A stretch of 58,859 bases of DNA, filler included, from Basidiobolus meristosporus CBS 931.73 (lineage: Eukaryota; Fungi; Basidiobolomycota): the NCBI GenBank assembly GCA_002104905.1. It is 3 parts of 3 records of this genome, joined end to end, with 100 filler letters (N's around TTAATTAATTAA, not from the genome) between each part and the next. Parts side by side here need not be neighbours in the genome. Positions count along the whole stretch, not along the records: positions 1 to 26,125 come from MCFE01000920.1; positions 26,226 to 40,307 come from MCFE01001189.1; 1 more part is not named here. One strand, 5' to 3'. The notes under the pieces are model-generated. The model made no database searches, was not told where the DNA came from, and was given only the letters and a program-made list of their open reading frames with translations. Below are positions 12,639 to 26,415 of this stretch, piece after piece. Each line of letters starts with the position of its first letter. Positions within the stretch are counted from its first letter, which is position 1. Position numbers and translations under genes: made by a program.

Positions 12639-13717
12639 TGTGGTGGTGTATAAGTCCAAAGGGCAAAATACGGCCAACACTTCTCAAGTGTGAATGTGTG
12701 TGGGGTGTTCACTGGGTGCGATAACCTCTGGCAAAAGCTTGCTAGGAATACTGGGTCTTTTGTCTAATCTAATGTGATGGGGGATAAAGCCTCAAGCTTG
12801 TCAAGGGAAAACTATTGAACTACAATCCCCAACTTAGTTGGCGTCTTAACAAAAGTTTATAATGGCTTTGACGTCCTTTGAGATGACAATGTACTAAAGC
12901 TTCCAAAGTCAAAACAACTGTAAACTCCACCAACAGGGACTTGATAAGAATGCAGCTTTGACCAATAGTTACAAAGACTGAAAAGTATCTTTGCCTGTAC
13001 AAGAACAAACTTGGGAAAACAAACAAATATAATAAAATATACCTACTCTGAGTATTCCTCACAAGTAGTGCCTCCAAGGTCAGTTGGCTGTCAGCGCGGT
13101 TTCCTGGGAGTGTTGTCAGGTCTGAGTCAGAAAATAGTGGTAATAGGTAGCGGTGATCTCACTAATCAATAAGTCGGAATATTGGAAGAGGGATGATTTA
13201 TTTTAAGGGATAGCCTCCCTTATATACTTTTTTGCTGCTCAATTTCTTGCTAGAAAATACTTTCCGGAAGTTTCCAGAAGGTAGTAGACAACCAATCATG
13301 TCTTTGTGTACTAAAAATAGCGCAAACTCTTGGCGGATTGTTCCATGAGACATAGTAGCACCTAGCCAATCAGGTAGTGGTAACATGAAACCTCTGTGTC
13401 ATGTGGTTGCCTCTTATGGTAGTGAGATGGGGGATTATGAAACCAAGATGGTCGCGTGACATGGGCACTGTTGGGGTACATGCCTTATAAGGTAACTATC
13501 TTATCTTGGCATCTCGGCAAGGAATAAGAATAGCTTGTGCAATGGGTTAATAGTGACAAATAGTTTGTCAGGTTGCATAGTAATAATCACATAGACAAAA
13601 ATAGGAAATATTGCAAATTTGGGATGATAATAATATAGGCGGGGTAATCCTTTTTAGGGAAGTGAACGCATAAGAATGAGCACATCTGCCTGTGGGTGTC
13701 ACTGTGACCCCACTACA
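12639..13717 (-). repeat. 3' LTR of family A element
   Basis: TG...CA termini; PPT GAGAGGGGGGTGGA on the minus strand at 13718-13731. Confidence 0.93.
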
Positions 13718-13756
13718 TCCACCCCCCTCTCAGCTTTGAACTCAGGTCAAAGCAAA

Positions 13757-16700
13757 CTAAATGTGATGTGCGAAATTCCGGTGCTTGAATAGCTTAAGTC
13801 GGTTTCCTGCCACAGGTGCTCTTAGCGGTGTTCCATCAAGTTCAGACAGGTAGTAGCTTCCATTTCCAATCACCTTAGAGACCATATATGGGCCAGACCA
13901 CTTATTGTCAAATTTGCAACTCCACTGCTTGTCTAAAGTGGAATCATAGAGCAGTACTGGATCTCCTTGCAGTAATGGCTTTGGTCTAAGGCTATGTGAC
14001 TTGTCAAATGGTTCCTTGTTCTGAAGTCTTGTCTCTTTGAGTTTAGCAGCTGCTTGGGTAATATCAAGTTCATGGTGATCAAGCTGTTTGATGCGTGTAG
14101 TCAGTAGTTCTTCTGTACTCATTGTAGTTCTCCACTCTAGCATGTTCCAGGATATTGAGTCAAGCTCTATGGGAAGAACGCAATCATGTCCGTAAAGCAA
14201 TTTGAATGGAGATAGACCTGTGCTGCGCTTTGTAGTGATTCTATCTGCCCAGAGTGCTAGATGAAGTTGTGTAGGCCACTGTAGTGTTGTGTTGTTGCAG
14301 CTCTTGACCAGGGAGTTAACTAACGGGCCATGGCCTCTTTCAACCATTCCATTGGCCTGTGGGTGATAAGCGGTAGTGAAAGCAATATGAATCTTGTATT
14401 GTGAGCAGAGTTCCTGGATCAAATTTGAGGTCAGTTCTCCTCGGTCAGCAACAAACTGGCTGATGCAGCCAAATCTGCATATTATATCTTCAAGAATAAA
14501 TCTCCATATGGTGTGGCTTTTGTTATTGGGTAGGGCTTGAGCTTCTACCTACCCACTCAGATCATCTCTGGCAACAACAAGGTACTTCTTGGTTCCAGCA
14601 GTTGGCATGTGGACCAGGTCAATGCCAACCTTCTGCCATAGACAAGGTGTGTAGGTTGGATGGAGCGGCTCCTCATATCTCTTGGTTGACCTTCTTTGGC
14701 AAATGTCACAAGATTCAACAAAGTGTTGGACATCATGATACATATGCTCCCAGTAGTATCTACTGGAAACAACATTGTAAGTGGCATCTCTGCCTCTATG
14801 ACCACTGGGTCTTCCTTCATGAAGGCTTGACATAATAGTCAGTTGTTCCTGGGGCTCAACTATAACTCTTCTTGGTGTCTGTCCAGGCTTTACTTGTTTG
14901 AAGAGGAGGCCGTCTTTTATGTAGAAATGATGGGCCTTCTTCCTGAGCTTTCTGAAATCATGTGGGCTCATTCCTGGTGGCTTCTCTAAGGTTCTCAGAT
15001 AGTCTTGAATGGTGTTCCATGTAGAGTTGCTGGGCTTCTTCACGTGTAGTTGTCGGATTTCTGCATCAAATATGTCATCAAAGTCAGGGTCCATATCTTC
15101 AGACAACTGTGGTCCCTTCCTGGAGAGTGCATCAGCCACAACATTTGTCTTGCCAGGGATATGTCTGACCTCAAAGTCAAACATTTTCAGCCATGCCATC
15201 CACCGATTTGTGGCATCATCAGGTAGATCAGGCTTGTTGATCATTCCTATAAGTGGCTTAGCATCTGTCTCCAGGATGAAATGTGTCATGTAGAGTTGTG
15301 ACTTCAGCTTTCTCAGCATCTTCACAACTCCTAGTAGCTCTCTCTTAATCTGTGAGTATCTTTGTTCTCTAGGAGAGAAGAGGCAGCTCTCATATCTGCA
15401 GGCATAGCGGTTACCATCTTCATCATCTTGGCCAAGTAGTGCTCCAGCTCCTACAGGGCTTGCATTCACCGTCAAGATAGGTGGGCATTCAGTGTTCTGA
15501 TAGTCAAGAGGTCTCAGAACTGGTGGAGATACTAAGGCCTCTTTTAGTAATTGCATGGCTTCTTCTTGCTCTTCTCCCCAGTTAAATGGGGCATTCTTTC
15601 TCTGTAGTTGGTAGATTGGTTCTGCTATCTCAGAAAATCTTGGGATCCAGATCCTAAAGAACCCACAAGCTGCCACAAAGCCACAAGCTTGTGTTAGATT
15701 TGTGGGGGTAGGCCAGTTGCATATCTTTTGTGTCTTGGAGTCTCCGGGTGAACAACCAAAGGTGTTGCATTTTTGTCCAACAATGGATATCTCTGATACA
15801 CCAAAGCTGCTTTTCTCACCACTGATGGTGAGTCCAGATTCTTCAATGGCTCCTAATATGGCATCATTGTCTGAAATATGGTCATAGACAAACTTTCTTA
15901 CTCCAGGCATAACTTCAGTTGTGTCCCGGAGTTTTGGTCCTTTGATGCCTATGTCATCAACAAAGACAGCAAGTTTCTCAGGTATAAACCGGTAGAGCAC
16001 ATTTACCATGCACCTCTGGAACTGAGCCACGGAGTTTGTTGCCCCTTGGCTAAGTCTTGTCATTCTTAACAGTCCAAATGGTGTCTGGAGTGCAAACATA
16101 TCTCTTGATGTCTCATCTAGGGGAATCTGGTCATATCCTGAGTAGAGATCATAGGTTGAGTAGATGGAGTGACCACTAAAGCTTTCTGCAAAGTCATCAA
16201 TAGACAGAGGTATTGCGGCATCTCTGATAGTGACAGCATTTGCAGGTTGCATTTCTTGAATGAATCGGAGCTTCCCATTCTTCTTTTTGGTCACAAACCA
16301 TCTGTTAGCATAAGGTCCATGGCAAGGTTCTAGGATACCAGCTTCAATCTTCTTCTTAAGTAGGTCATGCACATCAGCTTGGAGTCCTCTAGGCAGTGGG
16401 TAAGGTTTAAATGACCAGGGTGTGTGGGGCACTGTATGAATTTTGATAGGTTTTTCAACCAATGTCGTTAAGAGTCCCATCTCCTTGTTGTTATATGAGA
16501 AAACCTTATCATGCCTTTTCAGGGTTTCTTCAAATAGTAAGATCTCCTCCAGTGTTAGGTTTCCATCACCAATGATAAGTTGCTTAAGTCTCTCAGGTGT
16601 AAGTTGTATATCTTCTGGTGTTCCTTCTGGTGGTCTGATGTAATCAGCAGGTCAAGACCCATCAGTTAAAGGTGTAAGTGATGGTCTAATCTTCTGTTCC

Positions 16701-18610
16701 ACTGTCTTGTATTTTGTGCAAACCATAGCTGACTGCTCCTGTATACCTAATGAGCAGCTCCAACTGTTAGGGTGTATACTGTCAGGCTCCTCATCTTCTT
16801 CTATAACAAGATGTGTCTTCTGGCAAGCGGTATGTGTCCTCTTATTGTTGGGTGTTACCCCACAGAATGTTGACTGTAGTCCTGGGTTGGATCCTTGTAT
16901 AGTGTACCACACTGACCCATCAGAATAGTTGGTAGTTGTAGCCTTAGTACTGGTCTCCCATGGTCTGCCTAACAGAAGGTCAAAGTTTGCCTTCTGGCAG
17001 ATAAAGAGGGGAAGCCAGACCTTGATTCCTTGTACCTCAATAGGGAACTTGTGCACTACACCATAGAGTGGGCTAGACCCTGAGTTTGCATCAGTCATGT
17101 TCCATCCAATATCTCTATCAACAGGCAGTAGCTCCTTGCTTCTAAGTGTCTTCCAGAAGTCTAGCGGCATAACACAAATCTCTGAACCACTGTCAATATG
17201 GCAGTCAACAGGGTCATCATATATATACCCTTTCACCACAGCAGTTGCAACTGAGTAAAAGGTCTTATATTTGGTAGCGTTGTCATCCTTTTTGTGGTCT
17301 TCATGGTTTGTCTGGATTATATGGGTGTCCATATGTTCAACAGCTTGTCTTCTCGTTCTAAGCTGCTAATCAAAGGTCTTCCTAACAGACGGTGATACAC
17401 TCATGATTTCTCCAACTGACAAAGTGAGGTTCTACTTCAGCAGTCTCTCAGTAATCAATTTAGGGCTTGAGTAGCCTGCTATCTTTGAGGTCATCTGAAA
17501 GTGAGGTAATGGGTCTTGGGTGGGCAGTGTTCCAGGCCTCTTGTCAATGATAACCTCAGGCTCTTCAAATCGTGGTCTTCTAAGGATGGGCTTGACAGGT
17601 TCTTCAGGAAGATGTCTCTTAGTAGCAAAGGTGTCTACTTTGTATTTTCTGTTGTCAGGGCTGTTTGGACTCACTGTATGAGTCTCAATAGGGGCATCAA
17701 CAGTAATCTTTCTAGTTGCTGAGTCAGACTTCTGGAAAAGGGCTCTCATTCTGCCTCTTCAGAAATTAGTGGGAATCCTTTTTCCTTCCTTATCAGCAAG
17801 CATTCCATCAGCATCAAACTGTACTGTTCCTTCTCTAAGTAGCTGGCTAAGCTCTGAGCATTCTCGTCTGGCATGCTGAGTAGAGTCACACCAAATGCAG
17901 TGTCTAGGCAAAGCTCTTTGGCCCTCAGTAGCTACCTCAGCTGAGCCGTTAATCTTGAGGGCTAGCTTTTGTAGCTGTTCAGCAAGTTGGTCAATTCTGT
18001 CGGTAGTGTAGGTCTGATTGTCAGCAACAGCACTCTTTAGCTCCTTGGTTGGCTGGTCTGGCAGATTAGATGTCAGGAGTCTCATAAAGGTAGAAGTTTG
18101 CTTTGCCTCTAGGAGTACACGTTTCATCTCTGCAAAGCAAGGAATGCCAGACTTGTCATCCTTGGCTGCATGTAGGTCAACTTTCCTTGCCAACTCCTGG
18201 GGAAGCCCTTGTGCAAGATAAAGTGTCATGGTAAACTCAGTTATTGCCTGGGACTCTAGGAGTGGCTTGGCCATATCTTCATATTGTTGAATGAACTCTT
18301 CAATTGGTAGCTTGGAGAGTCCCATCCTCCCAAAGTGTCTGAGGTCTTCAATTCCATAGTATATCTGGGGTCTGCCATACTCGGTCTGTAGGTAGGTCTT
18401 CATTAAGGTCCAGTCAGTCAGAATGTTTCTTTGTCTGAGAAGCTTGGTAGTAATATCATCAGTGCAGTAGTAGGGGAAGTCTTCAGCCATTTCTTGTTCA
18501 GATAGGCTGCACATCTTGCAGAGCTTCTCCCATTTGAATATGAAGCTCTCCACATTCTTTCCATCAAACTGTGGGGCTCCATGTGAGAGTGGTAACGGCA
18601 TAGAGTTCAT
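13757..18610 (-). pseudogene. Single-frame gag-pol with five in-frame stops
   Basis: ORF pieces starting 18610, 17749, 17332, 16480 and 14422 share one frame; HIDSGSE protease, FVDD RT, TVNASPVGAG RNase H, GHRGRD..C..C and YHPQANG integrase motifs. Confidence 0.93.
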
Positions 18611-18729
18611 TTTGGGTAGGTAGGTTGGTGTTGTAGTCTTGATAATATTGGTAGTCTTGTTTCAATAAATGGGTAACGGCTCAAATCTTCAGGTAAATCT
18701 TGTTGGGTCCTAGGGAGCTTGTATGAACC

Positions 18730-18746
18730 CCCCACGTTGGGTGCCA
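18730..18746 (-). promoter_or_regulatory. tRNA-Lys-type primer-binding site TGGCACCCAACGTGGGG
   Basis: One mismatch to the tRNA-Lys1,2 PBS TGGCGCCCAACGTGGGG; lies 4 nt inside the 5' LTR boundary. Confidence 0.8.
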
Positions 18747-18750
18747 AATA

Positions 18751-19832
18751 TGTGGTGGTGTATAAGTCCAGAGGGCAAAATACGGCCAACACTTCTCAAG
18801 TGTGAATGTGTGTGTGGTGTTCACTGGGTGCAATAACCTCTGGCAGAAGCTTGCTAGGAATACTGGGTCTTTTGTCTAATCTAATGTGATGGGGGATAAA
18901 GTCTCAAGCTTGTCAAGGGAAAACTATTGAACTACAATCCCCAACTTAGTTGGCATCTTAACAAAAGTTTATAATGGCTTTGACGTCCTTTGAGATGACA
19001 ATGTACTAAAGCTTCCAAAGTCAAAACAACTGTAAACTCCACCAACAGGGACTTGATAAGAATGCAGCTTTGACCAATAGTTACAAAGACTGAAAAGTAT
19101 CTTTGCCTGTACAAGAACAAACTTGGGAAAACAAACAAATATAATAAAATATACCTACTCTGAGTATTCCTCACAAGTAGTGCCTCCAAGGTCAGTTGGC
19201 TGTCAGCGCGGTTTCCTGGGAGTGTCGTCAGGTCTGAGTCAGAAAATAGTGGTAATAGGTAGCGGTGATCTCACTAATCAATAAGTCGGAATATTGGAAG
19301 AGGGATCATTTATTTTAAGGGATAGCCTTCCTTATATACTTTTTTTTTTGCTGCTCAAATTCTTGCTAGAAAATACTTTCCGGAAGTTTCCAGAAGGTAC
19401 TAGACAACCAATCATGTCTTTGTGTACTAAAAATAGCGCAAATTCTTGGCGGATTGTTCTATGAGACATAGTAGCACCTAGCCAATCAGGTAGTGGTAAT
19501 ATGAAACCTCTGTGTCATGTGGTTGCCTCTTATGGTAGTGAGATGGGGGTTATGAAACCAAGATGGTCACGTGACATGGGCACTGTTGGGGTACTTGCCT
19601 TATAAGGTAACTATCTTATCTTGGCATCTTGGCAAGGAATAAGAATAGCCTGTGCAATGGGTTAATAGTGACAAATAGTTTGTCAGGTTGCATAGTAATA
19701 ATCACATAGACAAAAATAGGAAATATTGCAAATTTGGGATGATAATAATATAGGCGGGGTAATCCTTTTTAGGGAAGTGAACGCATAAGAATGAGCACAT
19801 CTGCCTGTGGGTGTCACTGTGACCCCACTACA
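18751..19832 (-). repeat. 5' LTR of family A element
   Basis: Near-identical to 12639-13717; TATATAAGG TATA-like box on the minus strand. Confidence 0.93.
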
Positions 19833-20065
19833 GCGGTGTTGTATAAGTCCAAACTGAGCTATAAGAGCTACTAGGAGATAAACTTGGGCAACTTAAGTCT
19901 GAACTTGCAAAAGATGAATATATAACAGAGAGTATTTTTGTGTCATGTGAACTATATAGATTCAAGACAAAAAAAGATGTAGTAGAAGCCCATGCAAAAG
20001 GTATGCACAAAGATAAACAAAAGCTGTATAGCAATGTTGTTGAACTACTCTCCCAACTGCAGTTG

Positions 20066-22673
20066 CAACTGAGTAACAGGTCTTATACCTAGTACCCTCA
20101 TCATCCTTTTGGTGGTGTTAGTGGCTTGTTGGAATTATATGAGTATCCATGTACTCAATGGCTTGTTGTCTTGTTCTAAGCTGCTCATTAAAGGTCTTCC
20201 TAATAGATGGGGATACACTCATGATCTCTCCAACCAGCAAAGTGAGGTTTTGTTTCAACCACTTCTCAATGATCAGATGAGGGCTTGAGTAGCTTGCAAT
20301 CTTTGAGGTCATCTGAAAGTGAGGTAATGGTTCTTGGGTGGTCAGCATACTGGGCCTCATGTCAATGGCAACTTCAGGCTCTTCAGATTGTGGTATTATG
20401 AGGATGTGTTTGACAGCTTCTTCAAGAAGGTGTCTTTTGGCAGCAAAGGCATCAACTTCATATTGTCTGTTGTCAGGACTGCTTGAGCTCACTGTAAGAC
20501 TCCCAATAGGGGCATCAACTGTAATCTTTCTGGTTGCTGAGTTGGAAATCTGGCAAAGGGCTCTCATACCTCCTCATTGGAAATTGGTGGGGATCCTTCT
20601 TCCTTCCATGTCGGCAAGCATTCCATCAGCATCCAACTGTACAGTTTCTTCTTTGAGCTGTTGACTAAGCTTAGAGTATTCTCTTTGGGCATGCTGAGTG
20701 GAATTACACCTGATGCAGTGTCTGGGCCAAGGTTTTTGGCTCTCAGTAGTTATTTCAACTGAGCCATCAATCTTGAGGGCTAGCTTTTGCGGCTGTTTGG
20801 CAAGTAGGTGATTCTTTTGGTAGTATAGGTTTGTTTGTCAGCAACAGCACTCCTTCACTCCTTGCTCAGCTGGTCTGGCAGATTAGACTTCCGGAGTCTC
20901 ATAAAGATGGACATCTGTTTTGCTTCTAGGAGAACATGTCTCATCTCTGCAAAGCATGGAATGCTGGGCTTGTCACCCTTGGCTGCATGTATGTCCACTT
21001 TTTTTGTCATGTCTTGGGGAAGTCCTTGTGCAAGGTAAAGTGCCATGGTAAACTCAGTAATAGCTTGGGAATCTAGGAGTGGCTTGGCCATGTCTTCATA
21101 CTGCCAAATGAACTCTACATGTGGTTGCTTGGAAAGTCCAGTTCTTCTAAAGTGGCTCAGATCTTCAATTCCATAGCTTATTGGGGGTCTACCATACTTG
21201 GCTTGTAGGTAGATCTTCATTAAGGCCCAGTCAGTGAGTATTTTCCCTGTCTGAGAAGCTTGGTGGTATCTTTAGTGCAGTGGTAGGGAATTCTTCAACC
21301 ATTTCTTGTTCAGAGAGGCTGCACATCTTGCAGAGCTTCTCCCCACTCAAATAAGAAGCTTTCCACATTCTTCCCATCAAACTCTGGGGCTCTGTGTGAG
21401 TGTGGTAATGGCACAGAATTCATTCTGTGTAGGTAGGTTGGTGTTGTAATCTTGATAATATTGGTAATCTCCTTACAATAAGTGTGTAATGGCTCAAATC
21501 TTGGGGTAAATCTTGTTGGGTCCTAAGGAGCTTGTATGGGCCCCACATGTTGGGTGCTAAATATGTGGTAGAGTATAGTGTAAAGGAGAAATATCTCATA
21601 TGTTGTAGAGTATAAGTGTAAAGGAGAAATATCTCCAACACTTCTCAAGAGTTTTGTGTGTGGGGTGTTCACTTGGTGCAATAACCTCTGGCAAAAGCTT
21701 GCCAGGAATACTTTGGTTCTGTCTCTAATCTAATGTGATGGGGAATAAAGCTACAAGCTTGTCAAGGGAAAACTATTGAGCTACAATCTCCATGTTAGTT
21801 GGCATCTTAACAAAAAGTATTAGCTGGGTTCAGTATCCTTTGAGATGACAGTGTACTAAAGCTTTCAAAGTCAAAACAGCTGTAAACTCCTCCAGCAGGG
21901 ACTTTATTAGAATGCAGCTGTAGTCAATAGTTACAAAGACAGAAAAGTATCTTTGCCTGTGCAAGAACAAACTCAAGAAAGAATCAAATACAACAAAACA
22001 TACCTAATCTGAGTATTCCTCACAAGTAGTGCTTCTATGGTCAGTTGGCCTGTCAGTGCAGCTTCCTGGGAGTGTCCTGTAGTCTGGAATTGGAAGTTCA
22101 GGTAGCAGTAGGTAGCAGTGATCACACCAATCAACAAGTTAGTATACTAATAATAGGGATGATAATTTATTGTGGAGGGATTGCCTCCCTTATATACTTT
22201 TCTCACTGGTTAGGTGATTACTAATCAAGGTATTCCAGAAGGTTCCAGTGGTCAAATAGAAATATTATTGACATCCAAATGAGCTAAGAATGCTCTAAGT
22301 AGGTGCCAGAAGGTTCTAAGAGGCACAGCCCCCCAACCAATCAGGGATCAATATATTGGAGCCTGTGTAACATAGGAATACCATATATGGTATCAAAATG
22401 GTAAGGATAGTGACACAGCTTGATCATGTGTTACAGGTACTGGTTTGGATACCTGCCTAACATAGAAGCACTTACATCCAGTAATCTAACTTAAAGTGAG
22501 GGACAACTTATGCAATAAGGTAAGCAGGTGTGATAGTCAGCCAGCTTATGGGATAATACTGATCAAGTAAGACAAATGGGATAAAACTAATATAAGGGTA
22601 GTAGAAAAATAGGGAAGTAGAAACTATGGGAATGAGCACATCTGTCAGTGGATGTCACTGTGACCCCGCTTCA
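20066..22673 (-). mobile_element. Truncated family A relative (B): 5' LTR 21564-22673, PBS and degenerate gag
   Basis: Gag translations homologous to family A; LTR similar to family A LTR; decayed PBS TAGCACCCAACATGTGGGG. Confidence 0.85.
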
Positions 22674-22850
22674 ATGTCCTCAACTCATCTGTTAAGCTGT
22701 TCCATTGATTAGTCATCTGAGATCTATCCAACTACTTAGCAGTTTCCAAGACATCAGCTGATTATTGAAGCAATTTCTCATTTATCTTATGCACCTATGA
22801 ACACCCCAACATATTCAATGAGTCCAGTCACTTGGTGCTTACTAATTCAA
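22674..22850. repeat. Unclassified dispersed repeat F, copy 1
   Basis: Similar to 25954-26125 and 33970-34128. Confidence 0.6.
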
Positions 22851-23179
22851 CTTGATCAGAAAAGTATTGATAAAGTTTACTGAACCTTTTGGTTTAGTGA
22901 GTGTCTCAACGAAAACAAGATTGTGCCTCAGCAAAATTAAGAATTCAACAACTCTGGTTTAGTTTCCATCCAAGTCTAGTATATCTAGCACTCCCAAGAA
23001 ACCAAGCCTAGCCTACATAGCTAACCAAATCTGTTGCCTTTATAGCCCAGCTTGGCTATATACAAGACTATTATTAGACCAGAGCTTCTCTGGTAATATT
23101 TCTGTCACTCTTGACAATTGTAAGATTTTACGCTTAGTTGCTACTTAGGCACAGTTAACTCATTCAAGAGTTTATTACA

Positions 23180-24370
23180 CTTTTATCTTGGAAACAACAA
23201 AGTGACCTTCTGAAGCCATTTCAACCAGGAGTACACTGGAAGCATTGGGAATCATATGTAGACCTTATAAGAATATTTATCCAGAAGCAGATCACCAATA
23301 CCAACTTGACACATCCAGAGCTTTTGAGTAAGGAGTCTGTGATGTGATTTTAGTGGCAATACCTCAAATATAAAGCTGAATGCAGAGATCTCTGCTGCTA
23401 CTATATCCATTCTCTATTCTATCTTGCTAGGTGTGTAGAGAATACTGGCCATTGCTTCATCTTTTGAGAGTTTCCTATGGAGCAGATGTGTGGGGAGATC
23501 AGTAGACAAGTCAAGTTGCAGGTACTACCATATCCCAATCTCATCACAAAGATACATGGAATTCATTAAGGAAGACTTAGAAAATACTGAGGAGATATAT
23601 GCACATGGCAACACCTATACCATGGCAATAAGAAGCTAAGCAGCCGCAATGCCTGGGTAATCAGTTAAGTAATGCAAAGTTGAGCTAGCAGCAACTGGCA
23701 ACTAATTTACATTAGAAACACTCTACCAAAGTATGCAGGGTTTCTCTTGGTTGCAAGCCAGTTTCTACATCATTGAATATGAAATTTACACAAACAAGTG
23801 GCAGAGCGCACCTTTAAGGGGGACTAGAATCTGGCAGGGAGAAGGAATATATTGGCTCAATTCCAAAAAGCTCTTTTTGGATATTTGGGAGGAATTCATG
23901 GCATCAGTGACAGTAACCAGGCATATGTTTGCAAGATGCATATGTTACCAGCAATACAAGGTCTATGGTAACTTTTGAAGTACCATATTGAGCAGATACA
24001 TAGGTAAGGTGATAGAAGTGTGCTAGTTGTAACAGGTGTGCATGTTTGTAGAGGTTAATAAGCAGGAGGCCATAGTTTATTTTTTGATTTGAGCTATTTG
24101 TGGCATACCCAAGGTAGTGGTGGGTAGGCAAATAAACAGGGGTGATTATACAATGGAATATATTAATTGCATATGGGGAGATACATAATAGTAAATTGGT
24201 ATGGTAGCATTATACAGAGCTAGCTGTAGGCCACCATACTGCTGTAATAATATCATCAGAGGCTTGCAATGAGGCCATCAAGATACTATCAAGTTTTTTG
24301 CCATATATGGCAATGGGATGTACTAGCTGGTTAGATCCACTCAAATAGCTATAAAGTGCAGTAAGACTGC
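23180..24370 (+). mobile_element. Degenerate CACTA-like relic
   Basis: Similar to 1-930 and to the reverse complement of 9000-10600. Confidence 0.65.
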
Positions 24371-24539
24371 AATAATGCTATGCCACCCTTGGCCAAATAC
24401 CACCCAAACACCATAGTGTATTTGAGCATTGGTTGGCAGTAAAATTGGCCAAACACTGTTGTGATCCCATCTTAAGACTACATAGAGTGTCATGCATTCT
24501 AAGCTACTAGTATAAGTAGTATTCAACAATGACAATGCA

Positions 24540-25760
24540 AGTACTGGATGCACTGGATATGTATTTGGACAAGTGGCCTTTATAAGCATTTCTACCCAGA
24601 GTACATTGGAAGCATTGGGAGGCATACATTGACATTGTAGGAATAATTATGCCAATGCAGATCACCAATGACAACTTGATCATCTGCAGCTTTTATGCAA
24701 AGGGCTTGTGACATGATTTGCGTAGCTATACTGCAAGCACAAAGCCAAACATGCAGATCTCTGCAACTACTGCATTCATACTCTAATCCATCTTGCTTAA
24801 TGTGCAGTGAATATTGGACCTTATTTCACCTTTTTGGAGTCTCTTATGGATTGGATGTGTGTGCAGATAGGTAGACATGTCAACTGGCGACTACTACCAG
24901 ATCTCAATCTCATTACTAATGTGACCTTCAATTTTTTTATGCGTATGATGAGTTTGCACTTGGAGGACACCCTGGAAGAGTTGGAATACATTGGGGAGCA
25001 ATGTGCACATGGAGACACCTATGCCATTGGCATTAAGAAGCTAAGCAGCCCCAATGCATGGTGGAATAGTTAAGTATTGCAAAGTTGGGTTGGACATAAC
25101 AAGCAACTAGTTTTTATTGGGAAAACTTTGCCAAAGTATACTGGGCTTCAATTGGGTATAAGCTGATTCTACACTATTCAATATTGAACTAATACAAACA
25201 AGAACCAGAGTGTACCTGGAAGTGGGAGTTAGATCTAGAAGGGAGAAGGGATATATTGGCCAAGTATGAGAAAGCTTTATGAGGATATTACACAAGTGTT
25301 CATGGCAAAAGTGGTGGCAACCTAGCATACCTTTGCAAGATGAATATGTAACCAGCAATACAAGCTTTATAGCAACTTTGGAAGTACTATGCTGAACAGA
25401 TATATAGTTGAGGAGATAAAAGTGTGTCAATTGCAGCAGGTGTGTTCTTATGTTGGGGTTAGTAGGCAGGAGGCCATATTTGATTTGATTTAAGCTATAC
25501 ATGACATACCCATGGTAGAGTGGGTAAGCAAATAAATTGGGATGATTCTGCAATGGTGTATATGAATGGTGTAAGGGGAAGTTGCTAATGGAAGTACCAT
25601 TTGGTAAATTGGTAAAGTAGCATTATACAAAATTGGCTGTAGGCTGCCATACTGCCATTTTAGTAACAATAGATGTCTGCAAGAGGGCCATCAAGATACT
25701 ATCAGTTGTTTTCCATATATTTTAATTGGATGTACTAGCTGGCTGGAACTGCACAAACAA
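24540..25760 (+). mobile_element. Degenerate CACTA-like relic, second tandem copy
   Basis: Same homologous segment as 23180-24370. Confidence 0.65.
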
Positions 25761-25783
25761 GTATAGGCCAACATGGAACCATG

Positions 25784-26125
25784 TGTTGTGCATCAACATT
25801 TAACACTTAGCCAACTTCACTCCATTACAAAATCTAGTACTCTAACTGATTTTCCCTAACCCAAACATAACTAATCCCTGTTATGGTTTATTTTATCACT
25901 TCTCAGAAGCTATTTTTTAGCTGTCAAACCTGATCAATTTTTGAGTGGTCATTATGTCCTCAACTGATCTGCTAAGCCTTTCCAAAGGATTAGTCATCTG
26001 ATATCTATCCAACCACTTAGTAATTGTCAAGATATTAGCTGATTAATGATGCAATTTCTCATTTATCTCACGCACCTATCAACACCCCAACAGATTTCAT
26101 TTAGTCCAGTCTCTTGGCACTTACT
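25784..26125. repeat. Unclassified repeat F, copy 2 (starts TGTTGTGCATCAACA; contains CCCTAACCC)
   Basis: Collinear with 33801-34128 from the same first base, suggesting an element terminus. Confidence 0.65.
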
Positions 26126-26225
26126 NNNNNNNNNNNNNNNNNNNNNNNNNNNNNNNNNNNNNNNNNNNNTTAATTAATTAANNNNNNNNNNNNNNNNNNN
26201 NNNNNNNNNNNNNNNNNNNNNNNNN
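26126..26225. other. Artificial contig linker (44 N + TTAATTAATTAA + 44 N)
   Basis: Exactly 100 nt with a six-frame stop palindrome; identical in form to 40308-40407. Confidence 0.97.
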
Positions 26226-26415
26226 TGGAGCAAAGATGGAAGGAAGAAGCAAAGATTTGGACATTGAACTCTCTAAAGATACTAACCATAAGTGACACCA
26301 AAATGCAAATTATTTGAGGTTATTGTGGACTCCACATGCCAGCCAGGATGGAGGTTCTTTCATAATACAAAATCAGACACACCATCTCTTAGTCCTCCAT
26401 ATAAATAGAGCTTCT

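Larger units (their letters stand above)
12639..19832 (-). mobile_element. Full-length Ty3/gypsy LTR retrotransposon, family A (no chromodomain seen)
   Basis: Two LTRs of about 1.08 kb with about 20 substitutions by manual count, PBS, PPT, gag-PR-RT-RH-IN order, 4-bp flanks ACGG/GCGG. Confidence 0.95.

Noticed and set aside
12820-13077. 85-aa ORF in the family A LTRs (also 18932-19189)
   Set aside because: Non-ATG start, duplicated only because LTRs are, and the homologous chromovirus segment has a frameshift.
26126-26225. TTAATTAATTAA palindrome inside N runs (also 40352-40363)
   Set aside because: Symmetric 100-nt synthetic linker; not biological, and adjacency across it cannot be trusted.
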